DNA from: a virus
Length of the DNA: 37,852 bases
Reading direction: 5' to 3' (one strand)
UHGV virus genome: UHGV-0199318
Shown here one piece after another: positions 16,879-25,499 of the stretch. How positions within the stretch are numbered: position 1 is the stretch's first letter; each line of letters starts with the position of its first letter. Made by a program: the position numbers and the translations under genes. The notes under the pieces are model-generated. The model was not told the DNA's origin, searched no databases, and saw nothing but the letters and a program-made list of their open reading frames with translations.

Positions 16879-18309
16879 ATGAAAATTACGAAAATTAAGA
16901 TCAAAAATCTTTATGGAATTACAGAATATGAAGGAGACGGAAAGAGTGTAGAGCTTTCCGGAACAAATGGAGCAGGCAAATCTTCCGTGATTGATGCGAT
17001 TCGGTACGCACTTACAAATAAGTCAAATCGCAAGTATGTTGTGAGAAACGGAGAAACAGAGGGGGAAATTCTGATTGAAACAGATAACGGATTGAGAATC
17101 AATCGGAAGGCAAGAACGAATCAAGCGGATTACAAGAGCGTGAAGCAGAACGGTCATGAGGTGGGGAGTCCGGAAACATTTTTGAAAGATATTTTTACTC
17201 CACTGCAGCTGTCGCCAGTTGAATTTATGGAGAAATCCGAAAAAGAGCAGAATGCAATTTTGCTTGATATGATCCAGTATGACTGGTCATTGCAGACAAT
17301 TCGTGAATGGTTTGGTGAAATTCCAGATTGGGTATCTTACGATCAGAATATTTTACAAGTTTTGAATGATATACAGTCGGAAAACGGCATGTATTACAGG
17401 AATCGGCAGGATGTGAATAGAGATATTCGGAATAAAAAATCATTTGTTGAGGATATCGCAGATGCTATCCCGTCTGGATACGATGCAGAAAAATGGGAAA
17501 ATGAAAATCTTGGACAGCTGTATCAGGAAATCGAGCGCATTAGAAAAGAAAATGAACAGATTGAGAAAGCAAAGCGATTCATTGAGCAGAGGGACAACAA
17601 AGTCCGATCATTTGAAGCGGATAAAGAGATTAAATTATCCGCATTGGAAAGGTCGTTTACTGCAGAGCGCGAACGTCTTTTGAAAGAAAATGAAAGGCTG
17701 CAGGCTCAGTTGAGAGAAAATCAAACAATGCTTGCTGGTATGGAAGAGAGAAAAGCGGACAAAGCAGAAGTGATCGTAAAAGAATATGAAGCGAATGTTG
17801 CGAAATATGACAGCTCTGTAGAAGAGTATAAAGAATTGTCAGAAAAAGAAGTGCAGGATTATTCGGAATTGCAGAATCAGGCATCTTATGCGGAAGAGAT
17901 GAAATCCCACTTGAATGAATATCGTCGAATGGTTGATCTACAGAACGAAGTGGAGCGATTAAAAGCAGAATCCGAAGATTTTACGCAGAAAATCGAAAAG
18001 GCACGGTCTCTTCCGGGAGAAATCTTAGAAACTGCAACTATTCCGATTTCCGGTCTTACAGTTGTAAACGGTGTTCCGCTGATTCACGGACTCCCAATCA
18101 GTAATCTATCAGATGGAGAAAAACTTGATCTGTGTATCGATGTGGCGATTCAGAAGCCTAATGGACTGCAGATCATCCTGATTGATGGAGTGGAGAAAAT
18201 GTCTACAAAAATGCGGACAGACCTGTATCAGAAGTGCAAAGATAAAGGATTACAGTTTATTGCAACAAGGACAACAGATGAAGAAGATCTGACAGTGATT
18301 GAATTATAA
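16879..18309 (+). CDS. SbcC/Rad50/RecF-like AAA ATPase with a long coiled coil (recombination-associated)
   Basis: Walker A GTNGAGKSS near the N-terminus, ~200-aa coiled coil, ABC-type signature LSDGEK and Walker B-like IILIDGVE at the C-terminus. Immediately upstream of the RecT-like and nuclease genes. Confidence 0.75.
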   Translation: MKITKIKIKNLYGITEYEGDGKSVELSGTNGAGKSSVIDAIRYALTNKSNRKYVVRNGETEGEILIETDNGLRINRKARTNQADYKSVKQNGHEVGSPETFLKDIFTPLQLSPVEFMEKSEKEQNAILLDMIQYDWSLQTIREWFGEIPDWVSYDQNILQVLNDIQSENGMYYRNRQDVNRDIRNKKSFVEDIADAIPSGYDAEKWENENLGQLYQEIERIRKENEQIEKAKRFIEQRDNKVRSFEADKEIKLSALERSFTAERERLLKENERLQAQLRENQTMLAGMEERKADKAEVIVKEYEANVAKYDSSVEEYKELSEKEVQDYSELQNQASYAEEMKSHLNEYRRMVDLQNEVERLKAESEDFTQKIEKARSLPGEILETATIPISGLTVVNGVPLIHGLPISNLSDGEKLDLCIDVAIQKPNGLQIILIDGVEKMSTKMRTDLYQKCKDKGLQFIATRTTDEEDLTVIEL

Positions 18310-18320
18310 GGAGAATCGAT

Positions 18321-18956
18321 ATGGAAGAAATGATTGTAAAAGAGGAAAAACACGAATTGAGTCCATTTGCGGACAGCCAGAGTTTTCAAAAGATTTTTGA
18401 TATCGGAAAAATGTTTGCTACATCGCAGCTGGTGCCACAGAATTACCAAGGCAAGCCGATGGATTGCACGATTGCAGTAGATATGGCGAATCGGATGGGG
18501 GTATCCCCTATGATGGTCATGCAGAACCTGTATGTTGTAAAAGGCAAGCCTACATGGAGTGGACAGGCTTGTATGAGTATGATCCGGGCGAATACAGAAT
18601 TTAAAAATGTCCGTCCGGTGTACGATGGAACACCTCATACAGATAATTGGGGATGCAGAATTGAAGCAGAATATAAAGATAGTGGAGAGAAAATCAAAGG
18701 AACTACAGTGACGATCGAAATGGCTAAAAAAGAGGGATGGTATGAAAAAACAGGAAGTAAATGGAAAACCATGCCGGAGCAGATGCTTGCATATCGTGCG
18801 GCTGCGTTCTTTGCTCGGGTATATACTCCAAATTCTCTTATGGGGGTTTATGTCGAGGGTGAAGCAGAGGACATATCCAAAAGCGATACAAGAGTAGCGG
18901 AAAACCCGTTTGATTTTGAAGCTGCAGTGCAAGAAGCAGAGGAGGTATTTGAATGA
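18321..18956 (+). CDS. RecT-like single-strand annealing protein (tentative family assignment)
   Basis: 211 aa. C-terminal KTMPEQMLAYRAAAFFARVYTP resembles the conserved RecT motif. Positioned between the ATPase and the nuclease, as in phage recombination modules. Shorter than typical RecT. Confidence 0.5.
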   Translation: MEEMIVKEEKHELSPFADSQSFQKIFDIGKMFATSQLVPQNYQGKPMDCTIAVDMANRMGVSPMMVMQNLYVVKGKPTWSGQACMSMIRANTEFKNVRPVYDGTPHTDNWGCRIEAEYKDSGEKIKGTTVTIEMAKKEGWYEKTGSKWKTMPEQMLAYRAAAFFARVYTPNSLMGVYVEGEAEDISKSDTRVAENPFDFEAAVQEAEEVFE

Positions 18957-19750
18957 TTTTAACGCAGGAAAATTATTACAGCAAAGAAGCAAATCAGGAG
19001 TATCTCAGTGTCTCGCAGTATAAGGATTTCTGCGGAACAATCGGACGTGTTGGGTGTGAGGAACAGGCACTTGCAAAGTTGAATGGTGACTGGGAAATGG
19101 AGAAAACAACAGCACTTCTGGTTGGGTCTTATGTGGATTCTCATTTCGAGGGAACGCTTGATTTGTTTAAGGCTCATAACACAGAGATATTTACAAAAAA
19201 AGGAGAGTTAAAGGCAGAGTACCGAAAAGCAGAAGAAATCATAAACCGAATCGAAAGAGATCCTTTATTCATGATGTTTATGAGCGGAGAGAAGCAGAAA
19301 ATCTTTACAGCCGATCTATTTGGAGCGAAATGGAAAGTAAAGCTTGACAGCTATTTGCCCGGTAAATGCATCGTTGATTTGAAAGTAATGAAATCCCTGA
19401 GAGAAGCGCATTATGCGAAAGACATGGGACTGATGGACTTTGTGAGGTTTTGGGGCTATGACATACAGGCTGCCGTATACCAAGAGGTAGTGAGGATCAA
19501 TACAGGGGAGCGGTTGCCGTTTTATATCGCAGCAGCCAGCAAGGAGAAAGTGCCAGATATCGAGATTATCCAGATCCCGCAGGAATGGATGAATGATTGC
19601 TTGTCTGGAATGGAGATGAATGTGTCAAAGATTCTCTCTCTGAAAAATGGAGAAATCGATCCAATCCGTTGTGAAGTTTGCGACTGGTGCAAGCACACCA
19701 AAATACTAAAAGCACCAATCTGGCCAGATAATTTGATAGGAGAGGTATAG
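18953..19750 (+). CDS. PD-(D/E)XK family nuclease with a C-terminal Cys cluster (Cas4/YqaJ-like phage exonuclease)
   Basis: D...DLK motif (IVDLKVMKS) and C-terminal C..C..C (CEVCDWCKH). ATGA overlap with the RecT-like gene. Confidence 0.65.
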   Translation: MILTQENYYSKEANQEYLSVSQYKDFCGTIGRVGCEEQALAKLNGDWEMEKTTALLVGSYVDSHFEGTLDLFKAHNTEIFTKKGELKAEYRKAEEIINRIERDPLFMMFMSGEKQKIFTADLFGAKWKVKLDSYLPGKCIVDLKVMKSLREAHYAKDMGLMDFVRFWGYDIQAAVYQEVVRINTGERLPFYIAAASKEKVPDIEIIQIPQEWMNDCLSGMEMNVSKILSLKNGEIDPIRCEVCDWCKHTKILKAPIWPDNLIGEV

Positions 19751-20030
19751 ATGAAAAAGTCAGACACTGTGGTTACGGAATACGTTGAGTTTTGCTTGAT
19801 ATGCGGGAAACCATACAACATCGAGGGGCATCACCTGATCTGTGGAAAAGGAAGAAGGCAAAAAAGGAACGGAGGACAAGCTACTCCTGCCTGTATGTAG
19901 TGATTGCCACAAAAGGATACATGGAGATGGTGTAAGCATGGCACTGTCGAAGATGGTAGGGCAGGCAATCTATGAGCAGAACCATACACGAGAGGAATTT
20001 AGGGAACGATATGGACAATCATATTTTTGA
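19751..20030 (+). pseudogene. HNH endonuclease split into two frames at an A6 homopolymer (frameshifted gene, or sequencing error)
   Basis: Frame A (19751-19900) encodes CLICGKPYNIEGHHLICGKGRRQK then terminates. Frame B (open from 19842) continues GKKGTEDKLLLPVCSDCHKRIHGD. Deleting one A from the A6 run at 19860-19865 gives a canonical C..C...HH...(13)...C..CH..H HNH motif of ~93 aa. Confidence 0.6.
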
Positions 20031-20415
20031 AATCAGAGGGAAATTTTACAAAGGACATTGTTTCCCGGGTCTGAATGATTACATACATGAGATCGGGAAG
20101 AACCCGAAAGCAGGAAATCGAATGAAGCAACAGTATCAGATGATAGCCTGTAACGCCGTCAGGCTTGGTTTAAAGCGTTTTAAAACAGATAAGCCTATCA
20201 TTCTGCACTATATGTTTAAAGAGCCGAAAAAAGGCAATAAACGGGATAGAATGAATGTTTTTAGTTTTGCGGACAAGGTGATTGAGGACGCATTGCAGAA
20301 ATGCGATGTGATTGTTAATGATGATCCGGCTCATGTCGTGAATACAACGCATGAGTTTGAGTATACAAGTGGAATCCCGTCAATCATTGTCCGGATTGAA
20401 GAGGTAATGAGGTAG
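20011..20415 (+). CDS. RusA-family Holliday junction resolvase paralog (diverged)
   Basis: 134 aa. KRDRMNVFSFADKVIEDALQKCDVIVNDDPAHVV matches the RusA catalytic region pattern (D..N......K.I.DAL.....I.NDD..V). N-terminal HIFEIRGKFYKG resembles the RusA first strand. Confidence 0.5.
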   Translation: MDNHIFEIRGKFYKGHCFPGLNDYIHEIGKNPKAGNRMKQQYQMIACNAVRLGLKRFKTDKPIILHYMFKEPKKGNKRDRMNVFSFADKVIEDALQKCDVIVNDDPAHVVNTTHEFEYTSGIPSIIVRIEEVMR

Positions 20416-20530
20416 AGAGCCTTGTTATAAATTGTAACCCGTTCATGGCTGCTGCACAGTACGTCACAAATACCTTAAGTAAGCCAGATTCATTGTCTCC
20501 CGGTAATTCCGGGAGCAGAAAGGAGAATAA

Positions 20531-20941
20531 ATGGTAATTACAATTCCGGGCAAACCGGTTGGAAAAGCAAGACCGAGATTCCGCAGAGCCGGATTTAAGG
20601 TCATTACATATACACCAGACGAAAGCAAAAAATACGAAAAGGAAGTTGCAAGGATTTACAAGCAGAGCATAGGCGTGCTTTACACGGACATCACTCTGAG
20701 AGTTCGAATTTTAGCGAAATTTCCGATTCCAGAGAGCTGGTCTAAGAAGAATAAGGATAGGGCTTTAAAAGGAGAAATAAAGCCGAATAAGAAGCCTGAC
20801 TTAGACAACATTGCAAAAATCATTTTGGATGGACTGAATGGAGTTGCATATACGGATGATAAGCAGGTGACCAGTCTGGAGATTGAAAAGGTATATTCGG
20901 ACACACCTTGCGTGGTGGTCTATATTGCGGAGGATGAGTGA
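20531..20941 (+). CDS. rusA: RusA Holliday junction resolvase
   Basis: ITIPGKPVGKARPRF...KKPDLDNIAKIILDGLNGVAYTDDKQVTSL is the canonical RusA signature. 136 aa. Confidence 0.8.
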   Translation: MVITIPGKPVGKARPRFRRAGFKVITYTPDESKKYEKEVARIYKQSIGVLYTDITLRVRILAKFPIPESWSKKNKDRALKGEIKPNKKPDLDNIAKIILDGLNGVAYTDDKQVTSLEIEKVYSDTPCVVVYIAEDE

Positions 20942-21810
20942 TGGCAGAAGTAAAGTGGATAAAGATAGCAACGGATATCTTTGATGATGAAAAGATATTG
21001 CTGATAGAGGCTTTGCCAGATGCTTATGCAATTATAACAGTCTGGTTCAAGCTACTATGCCTTGCCGGGAAAAAGAATAACGGTGGTGTATTCCTGATGA
21101 ATGACAAGATTCCCTACACAGACAAGATGCTGGCTACAATCTTTAGAATGAATGAATCCACTGTAAAGTTGGCTCTGAACGCGTTTGAGCAATTTAAAAT
21201 GATTGAGATAGTGGAGGGAATAATCACGATCCCGAACTGGAATAAGCACCAGACATTGGATGCTTATGAACGGAAAAAAGAGCGTGACAGGCTGTACCAA
21301 GAGGAAAGAAGAGCCAAACAAAGAGCTTTGATCGAAAAATCGTCTGACAAGTCGTCTGAAAGAACGTCTGACGTCGCTGTTTCAGATATAGATAAAGAAG
21401 AAGATAAAGAAAAAGATAATAATATATATGTCCCGTACAAAGAGATCATAACTTACCTGAATGAAAAGACAGGCAAGAAACTAAGGTGGGATGTTAAGAG
21501 TAACCAGAAGGAAATAAAAGCCAGATTCAATGAAGGATACACTCTGGATGACTTTAAGACGGTGATTGATAAAAAATACCATGAGTGGGGCAGAAAGCCT
21601 ACAAAAGAGGAATTACAGCGCGGAGTTAATGATATGAGGATATATCTAAGACCAAAAACCCTGTTCGGCAGTAATTTCGATGTTTATCTTAACCAAGAGC
21701 AGACGGAAAAAATGCCAGCAAAACCGCCAGTAAGCAGAAACTTAAATAACTTCGAACGCAGAGGATACGACATGGACTCTCTGGAAGAGCAGCTGTTGAA
21801 TTCAAATTAA
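20938..21810 (+). CDS. Phage replisome organizer (N-terminal replisome-organizer domain plus conserved phage C-terminal domain)
   Basis: N-terminus WIKIATDIFDDEKILLIEALPDAYAIITVWFKLLCLAGK is characteristic of the replisome organizer. C-terminus YLNEKTGKKLRW...EIKARFNEGYTLDDFKTVIDKKYHEW matches the conserved phage C-terminus family. Confidence 0.75.
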   Translation: MMAEVKWIKIATDIFDDEKILLIEALPDAYAIITVWFKLLCLAGKKNNGGVFLMNDKIPYTDKMLATIFRMNESTVKLALNAFEQFKMIEIVEGIITIPNWNKHQTLDAYERKKERDRLYQEERRAKQRALIEKSSDKSSERTSDVAVSDIDKEEDKEKDNNIYVPYKEIITYLNEKTGKKLRWDVKSNQKEIKARFNEGYTLDDFKTVIDKKYHEWGRKPTKEELQRGVNDMRIYLRPKTLFGSNFDVYLNQEQTEKMPAKPPVSRNLNNFERRGYDMDSLEEQLLNSN

Positions 21811-21819
21811 GGAGGAATT

Positions 21820-22398
21820 ATGGAACCAAAGAAAGTAACGATAAATTACGCTCTGCTCTGTAAGGAACTAGAAAAGCAGGGCAAGACGAAAGAGAAATTC
21901 TCGGCAGAACTCGGGAGAAGCAAGTCTTTTGTCTGCAATATGGCAAAGAACCCGGAACAGACAGAAGATTTTGAAAGAACCATGTGCTTGCTTCTCGGAC
22001 TTGAACCGGGAAGTCTGGTGAAAGAGCCAGAAAAGAAAGGGATGACCGCAGCACAGGCTCTTACAGTAATCAGAGATGAGATTTTAGAGAATCGCAGAAT
22101 CATGCAGGAGAATTTTGAGAAAATCTGGAACAAGCTGAACACCAACACTGTCCAACTGGAAAAGATTAAGGACAAGGTCAACGAGGTATCTAAGACCGAT
22201 TATGACAAGGCGGTGGAATGGTTAAAAGATAAAATGGCAGGTGGGCGATATGACGGAGCGAAGCTGCTCATGGAGTCGGATGCCGCGGGAATCAAACGGT
22301 CAGATGTCATGAAAGCGAGAAACGAGTTGAAAATAAAGATACAGACAACCGGATATGGAAAGAACGCGAAAGCATGGTGGAGCTTAGAAAGGGAGTAA
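21820..22398 (+). CDS. Hypothetical protein with an N-terminal HTH-like segment
   Basis: 192 aa. N-terminus INYALLCKELEKQGKTKEKFSAELGRSKSFVCNMAKN is XRE-HTH-like. Follows the replisome organizer. Confidence 0.5.
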   Translation: MEPKKVTINYALLCKELEKQGKTKEKFSAELGRSKSFVCNMAKNPEQTEDFERTMCLLLGLEPGSLVKEPEKKGMTAAQALTVIRDEILENRRIMQENFEKIWNKLNTNTVQLEKIKDKVNEVSKTDYDKAVEWLKDKMAGGRYDGAKLLMESDAAGIKRSDVMKARNELKIKIQTTGYGKNAKAWWSLERE

Positions 22399-22400
22399 AC

Positions 22401-22529
22401 ATGAACAGAAAAAGATACGGCTTTAGAGTCTACAGGAAACAGCCTATCGGATTGAGACACGGAAATATGGATTTGTTTACGCGCGGCATCACAAAGCGGA
22501 AGAGAAAGAATAGGGTGAGAGGGAAATGA
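22401..22529 (+). CDS. Small Arg/Lys-rich basic protein (42 aa)
   Basis: MNRKRYGFRVYRKQPIGLRHGNMDLFTRGITKRKRKNRVRGK. Start overlaps the previous stop region and its stop overlaps the next ATG (ATGA). Confidence 0.3.
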   Translation: MNRKRYGFRVYRKQPIGLRHGNMDLFTRGITKRKRKNRVRGK

Positions 22530-22717
22530 CGAACAATGATCATTTGAACAACATAACAGGAGAAATTGATACACCAGAAATCTCCGCAGTCAAGATGATA
22601 CTTACAAGAATAGATGAGGATTTAGAAAACGATCTGTACGAAGAAAACCGTGATAAATACCTGAATTTGTACAAGAGCCAAAAAGAGTGGCTGGAAAGAG
22701 AGGTTGAAAATGAGTAG
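22526..22717 (+). CDS. Hypothetical acidic protein (63 aa)
   Basis: ORF with AGAGGGAAA RBS; translationally coupled to its neighbours. Confidence 0.4.
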   Translation: MTNNDHLNNITGEIDTPEISAVKMILTRIDEDLENDLYEENRDKYLNLYKSQKEWLEREVENE

Positions 22718-23192
22718 ACCAGCACACTTTCTGGATCCGTACAAATTCCAGATCGAAGAGATGGTAAAACTCGGATGCACGGATGAGCATATCTGCAGAG
22801 TGCTTGAGGATATTACCGGAAAAGAAGTGAAAAAGAGGGTAATAGCAAACAAGAGGATGTGGTTAAGAAAGATGGAAAATAAAAGAAAACAATACGAACC
22901 GTACAAGGGAGAAATTAAGTACATGATCGAATACGGACTTACGATCCAGAACATCTATGCAGCAATAAGCGAAGAGAGCGGAATCGATGCAAGTATTGAA
23001 ACGTTCAAAAACTTTTTAAAAGACAATGATATGCTGCCTGAGTCAAAGAAACAGGAAGCTTCGGTCAAGGATATCTTTGGAAACATTGCAAATTACATGG
23101 AGTTTCACGAGGGCTGGGTGCGGACCAGTTGCCGGCTCAACAGGGCGATGTCGAATCCAAACCGGATATTAATGCGGAGGTATTTACAGTAG
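22704..23192 (+). CDS. Hypothetical protein (162 aa) with two HTH-like segments
   Basis: Overlaps the previous ORF by 14 nt. No confident family assignment. Confidence 0.45.
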   Translation: MKMSRPAHFLDPYKFQIEEMVKLGCTDEHICRVLEDITGKEVKKRVIANKRMWLRKMENKRKQYEPYKGEIKYMIEYGLTIQNIYAAISEESGIDASIETFKNFLKDNDMLPESKKQEASVKDIFGNIANYMEFHEGWVRTSCRLNRAMSNPNRILMRRYLQ

Positions 23193-23269
23193 GTTATAAA
23201 AAATAAGCGAAAAATAGAAAGGAGCCAGCCTCCGGCCGGGGCAAGGGTATACCGGGCTTCTGAGAAAAA

Positions 23270-24580
23270 ATGAAATTTATAGATTTTTTTGCTGGAATAG
23301 GTGGATTTAGAAGAGGGCTTGAGCTTGCGGGACATGAGTGTGTTGGATTCTGTGAGTGGGATAAGTACGCAACTGCAAGCTATACATCCATGCATTTAAT
23401 CACTGACAAACAAAGAGAATATTTAAACACTCTAACGCTCAAGCAAAGACAAAAGGAGATTTTAAAAAATGAATACAGAAACGGAGAATGGTACTCAGAT
23501 GACATTAGAACAGTGGATGCCAGAAGCTTGCCCGAAGCAGACTGTTGGACATTCGGCGCACCATGCCAAGATTTCAGTGTTGCCGGAAAGAGAGCAGGAC
23601 TGGACGGAGATAGATCAAGACTTGTACGAGAAATTTTTAGAATCTTGGAAGAACAAGAAGAAAAAGACAGACCTGAATGGATTATCTATGAGAATGTTAA
23701 GGGAATGCTTTCTAGCAACCGAGGACTCGACTATCTGTCAATCCTCTCTGAAATGGACAGGCTTGGGTACGACATCGAATGGCAGAATATCAACAGCAAA
23801 TGGTTCGTGCCACAAAACAGGGAGCGCATTTATACTATCGGACGTCTTAGAAGATACGGTTCCAGAAAAGTACTTCCTGTCACGGGAACAGTTGGAGAAA
23901 ATAGTGTTTCAATAATTGGTCATAGGGATGGATATAGAAGAAATACACAGTCTTTTTCTCCATACGGAATAACAGAAGCCCTCTCTACGGCACAAGGTGG
24001 AGGAAGAGGACATCATGTCGTAATTCCTGTTCTCACGCCAGTTAGAGCAGAGAAACGTCAGAACGGACGGAGATTCAAGGAAAATGGAGACGAAATGTTT
24101 ACTATTACAGCGCAGGATAGACACGGAATAGCAATAGGAATTTTGAGAAAAGTAAGAACAGAATACGGCAAGAGCATAAGAAAAAAGTACGAATCGGGAG
24201 AAATAAAAATAAGTCGACATAAGTTTATTGCTTATGAAATAAGGGAAGATGGAATAAGTAACACAATTTCGACGGTAACAAAAGATAATATGATTACTGT
24301 CTTTGCAGGACTATCAAAAAAAGAAAACGGAATGTATATCGAAATGCCAGGAGGCTTCTATGCTTACTGCGTGTGGCATGAAAAATATCAATGTTACATA
24401 GCAATCAGAAAGCTGACTCCAAAAGAATGCTTTAGACTACAAGGGTGGACGGATGATTATTTTGAGAAGGCTAAGTTTGTAAATTCGGACAGTCAACTTT
24501 ACAAACAGGCTGGAAATGGAGTTACGGTAAATGTTGTAAGAGCAATTGGAGATAAAATGACGATACGGAGGAATGGCTAA
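23270..24580 (+). CDS. Orphan DNA (cytosine-5)-methyltransferase
   Basis: All C5-MTase motifs are in order: I FFAGIGG, IV GAPCQDFS (catalytic Cys), VI ENVKGM, VIII QNRERIY, then a ~200-aa variable target-recognition region and X GNGVTVNV. No adjacent restriction endonuclease gene. Confidence 0.9.
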   Translation: MKFIDFFAGIGGFRRGLELAGHECVGFCEWDKYATASYTSMHLITDKQREYLNTLTLKQRQKEILKNEYRNGEWYSDDIRTVDARSLPEADCWTFGAPCQDFSVAGKRAGLDGDRSRLVREIFRILEEQEEKDRPEWIIYENVKGMLSSNRGLDYLSILSEMDRLGYDIEWQNINSKWFVPQNRERIYTIGRLRRYGSRKVLPVTGTVGENSVSIIGHRDGYRRNTQSFSPYGITEALSTAQGGGRGHHVVIPVLTPVRAEKRQNGRRFKENGDEMFTITAQDRHGIAIGILRKVRTEYGKSIRKKYESGEIKISRHKFIAYEIREDGISNTISTVTKDNMITVFAGLSKKENGMYIEMPGGFYAYCVWHEKYQCYIAIRKLTPKECFRLQGWTDDYFEKAKFVNSDSQLYKQAGNGVTVNVVRAIGDKMTIRRNG

Positions 24581-24996
24581 TGACGAAAACAGAAGAAACA
24601 TGGATGGACGGGATCACAACGGAAACGATGGAACATATCTGCGACAACCTGTGCAAGTATCCAGATCAGCTAAGTGAAATGGAACTGGAAGATAAATGCG
24701 CAGAGTGCAAGATGGGACGGTTTGTGTGCGATATATTGAACCAATATAACAATTGCGCAAAGCTGCTGGAGCAGATGCAGGAACTGAAAGAGCGAGATAC
24801 GGCGAAGAAGCCGAAAAAATACGGAGTGACAGACAGCCAAGGTGTATTCCATCCATTTGTTGGAGTTGATGGAGTACCGTATGACTTATGTCCGAATTGT
24901 GATAGTAATTTATGTACAACTGGTATGTTTGGAAGAAGCAAAAAAAGAATGAAGTATTGTGAGAAGTGCGGCCAGAGATTAGATTGGAGTGAGTAA
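24580..24996 (+). CDS. Cysteine-rich hypothetical protein (138 aa, several CxxC pairs)
   Basis: CDNLC, CAECK, CPNCDSNLC and CEKCG zinc-ribbon-like motifs. ATGA-coupled to the methyltransferase stop. Confidence 0.5.
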   Translation: MTKTEETWMDGITTETMEHICDNLCKYPDQLSEMELEDKCAECKMGRFVCDILNQYNNCAKLLEQMQELKERDTAKKPKKYGVTDSQGVFHPFVGVDGVPYDLCPNCDSNLCTTGMFGRSKKRMKYCEKCGQRLDWSE

Positions 24997-24997
24997 C

Positions 24998-25174
24998 ATG
25001 GAAGAATTAAAGAAATGCCCGTTTTGTGGCGGAGAAGCAATGCTGAAAATCAATTACGGATTTGATGAAAAGGTTATTTCGTCTTTTGTGTACTGCGAAG
25101 AATGCGGAGTCGCAACGCGAAGATGTACTTTAGAAACAACTGCTATAGGGAAATGGAACAGGAGGGTGAAATAG
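24998..25174 (+). CDS. Lar-family restriction-alleviation-like zinc-ribbon protein
   Basis: MEELKKCPFCGGEAMLKI...CEECG matches the Lar family N-terminal signature (..LKPCPFCGG.A.L). 58 aa. GGAGTGAG RBS. Confidence 0.6.
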   Translation: MEELKKCPFCGGEAMLKINYGFDEKVISSFVYCEECGVATRRCTLETTAIGKWNRRVK

Positions 25175-25176
25175 CT

Positions 25177-25326
25177 ATGATGGGAAAATGTAAATTAACA
25201 AGTATATGCGGACACGATTATTGCTGCATAGAATGTCCGGACAACGATATTTGTAATATACAGTGTGCAGATAAGGACATGTATGAGTATTGTGCGGAGT
25301 GTCCGGAATATGAGGAGGTGGAGTGA
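25177..25326 (+). CDS. Small Cys-rich protein (49 aa, 10 Cys)
   Basis: MMGKCKLTSICGHDYCCIECPDNDICNIQCADKDMYEYCAECPEYEEVE. GGAGGGTGA RBS. Confidence 0.4.
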   Translation: MMGKCKLTSICGHDYCCIECPDNDICNIQCADKDMYEYCAECPEYEEVE

Positions 25327-25499
25327 TGATTTTATTTTGCCCTGATTTAGTCGGAAAAGAAGAGGTAAAAGCAATGCTTATTGGGAATGGAGATTTTATC
25401 AGACCAGTGTTGCATCCGTGCATTAAAGAGAAATGCATAGCGTACAAGGATGGAAAGTGCCTGAAATACGACAATGAAGTGGAGGTAAAAGATGAATAG
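25326..25499 (+). CDS. Small Cys-containing protein (57 aa)
   Basis: Start overlaps the previous stop (TGATG). C..C pairs present. Below the ORF-track cutoff. Confidence 0.3.
   Translation: MILFCPDLVGKEEVKAMLIGNGDFIRPVLHPCIKEKCIAYKDGKCLKYDNEVEVKDE

Noticed and set aside
18228-18992. 254-aa minus-strand ORF overlapping the RecT-like and nuclease genes
   Set aside because: Entirely antisense to two well-supported, translationally coupled plus-strand genes. Low-complexity Cys/His/Phe-rich translation typical of antisense reading of AT-rich coding sequence. No RBS.
22200-22954. Minus-strand ORFs 22200-22574, 22540-22725, 22602-22790, 22622-22954
   Set aside because: All antisense to a run of coupled plus-strand genes; Ser/Leu/Phe-rich low-complexity translations; no ribosome-binding sites.
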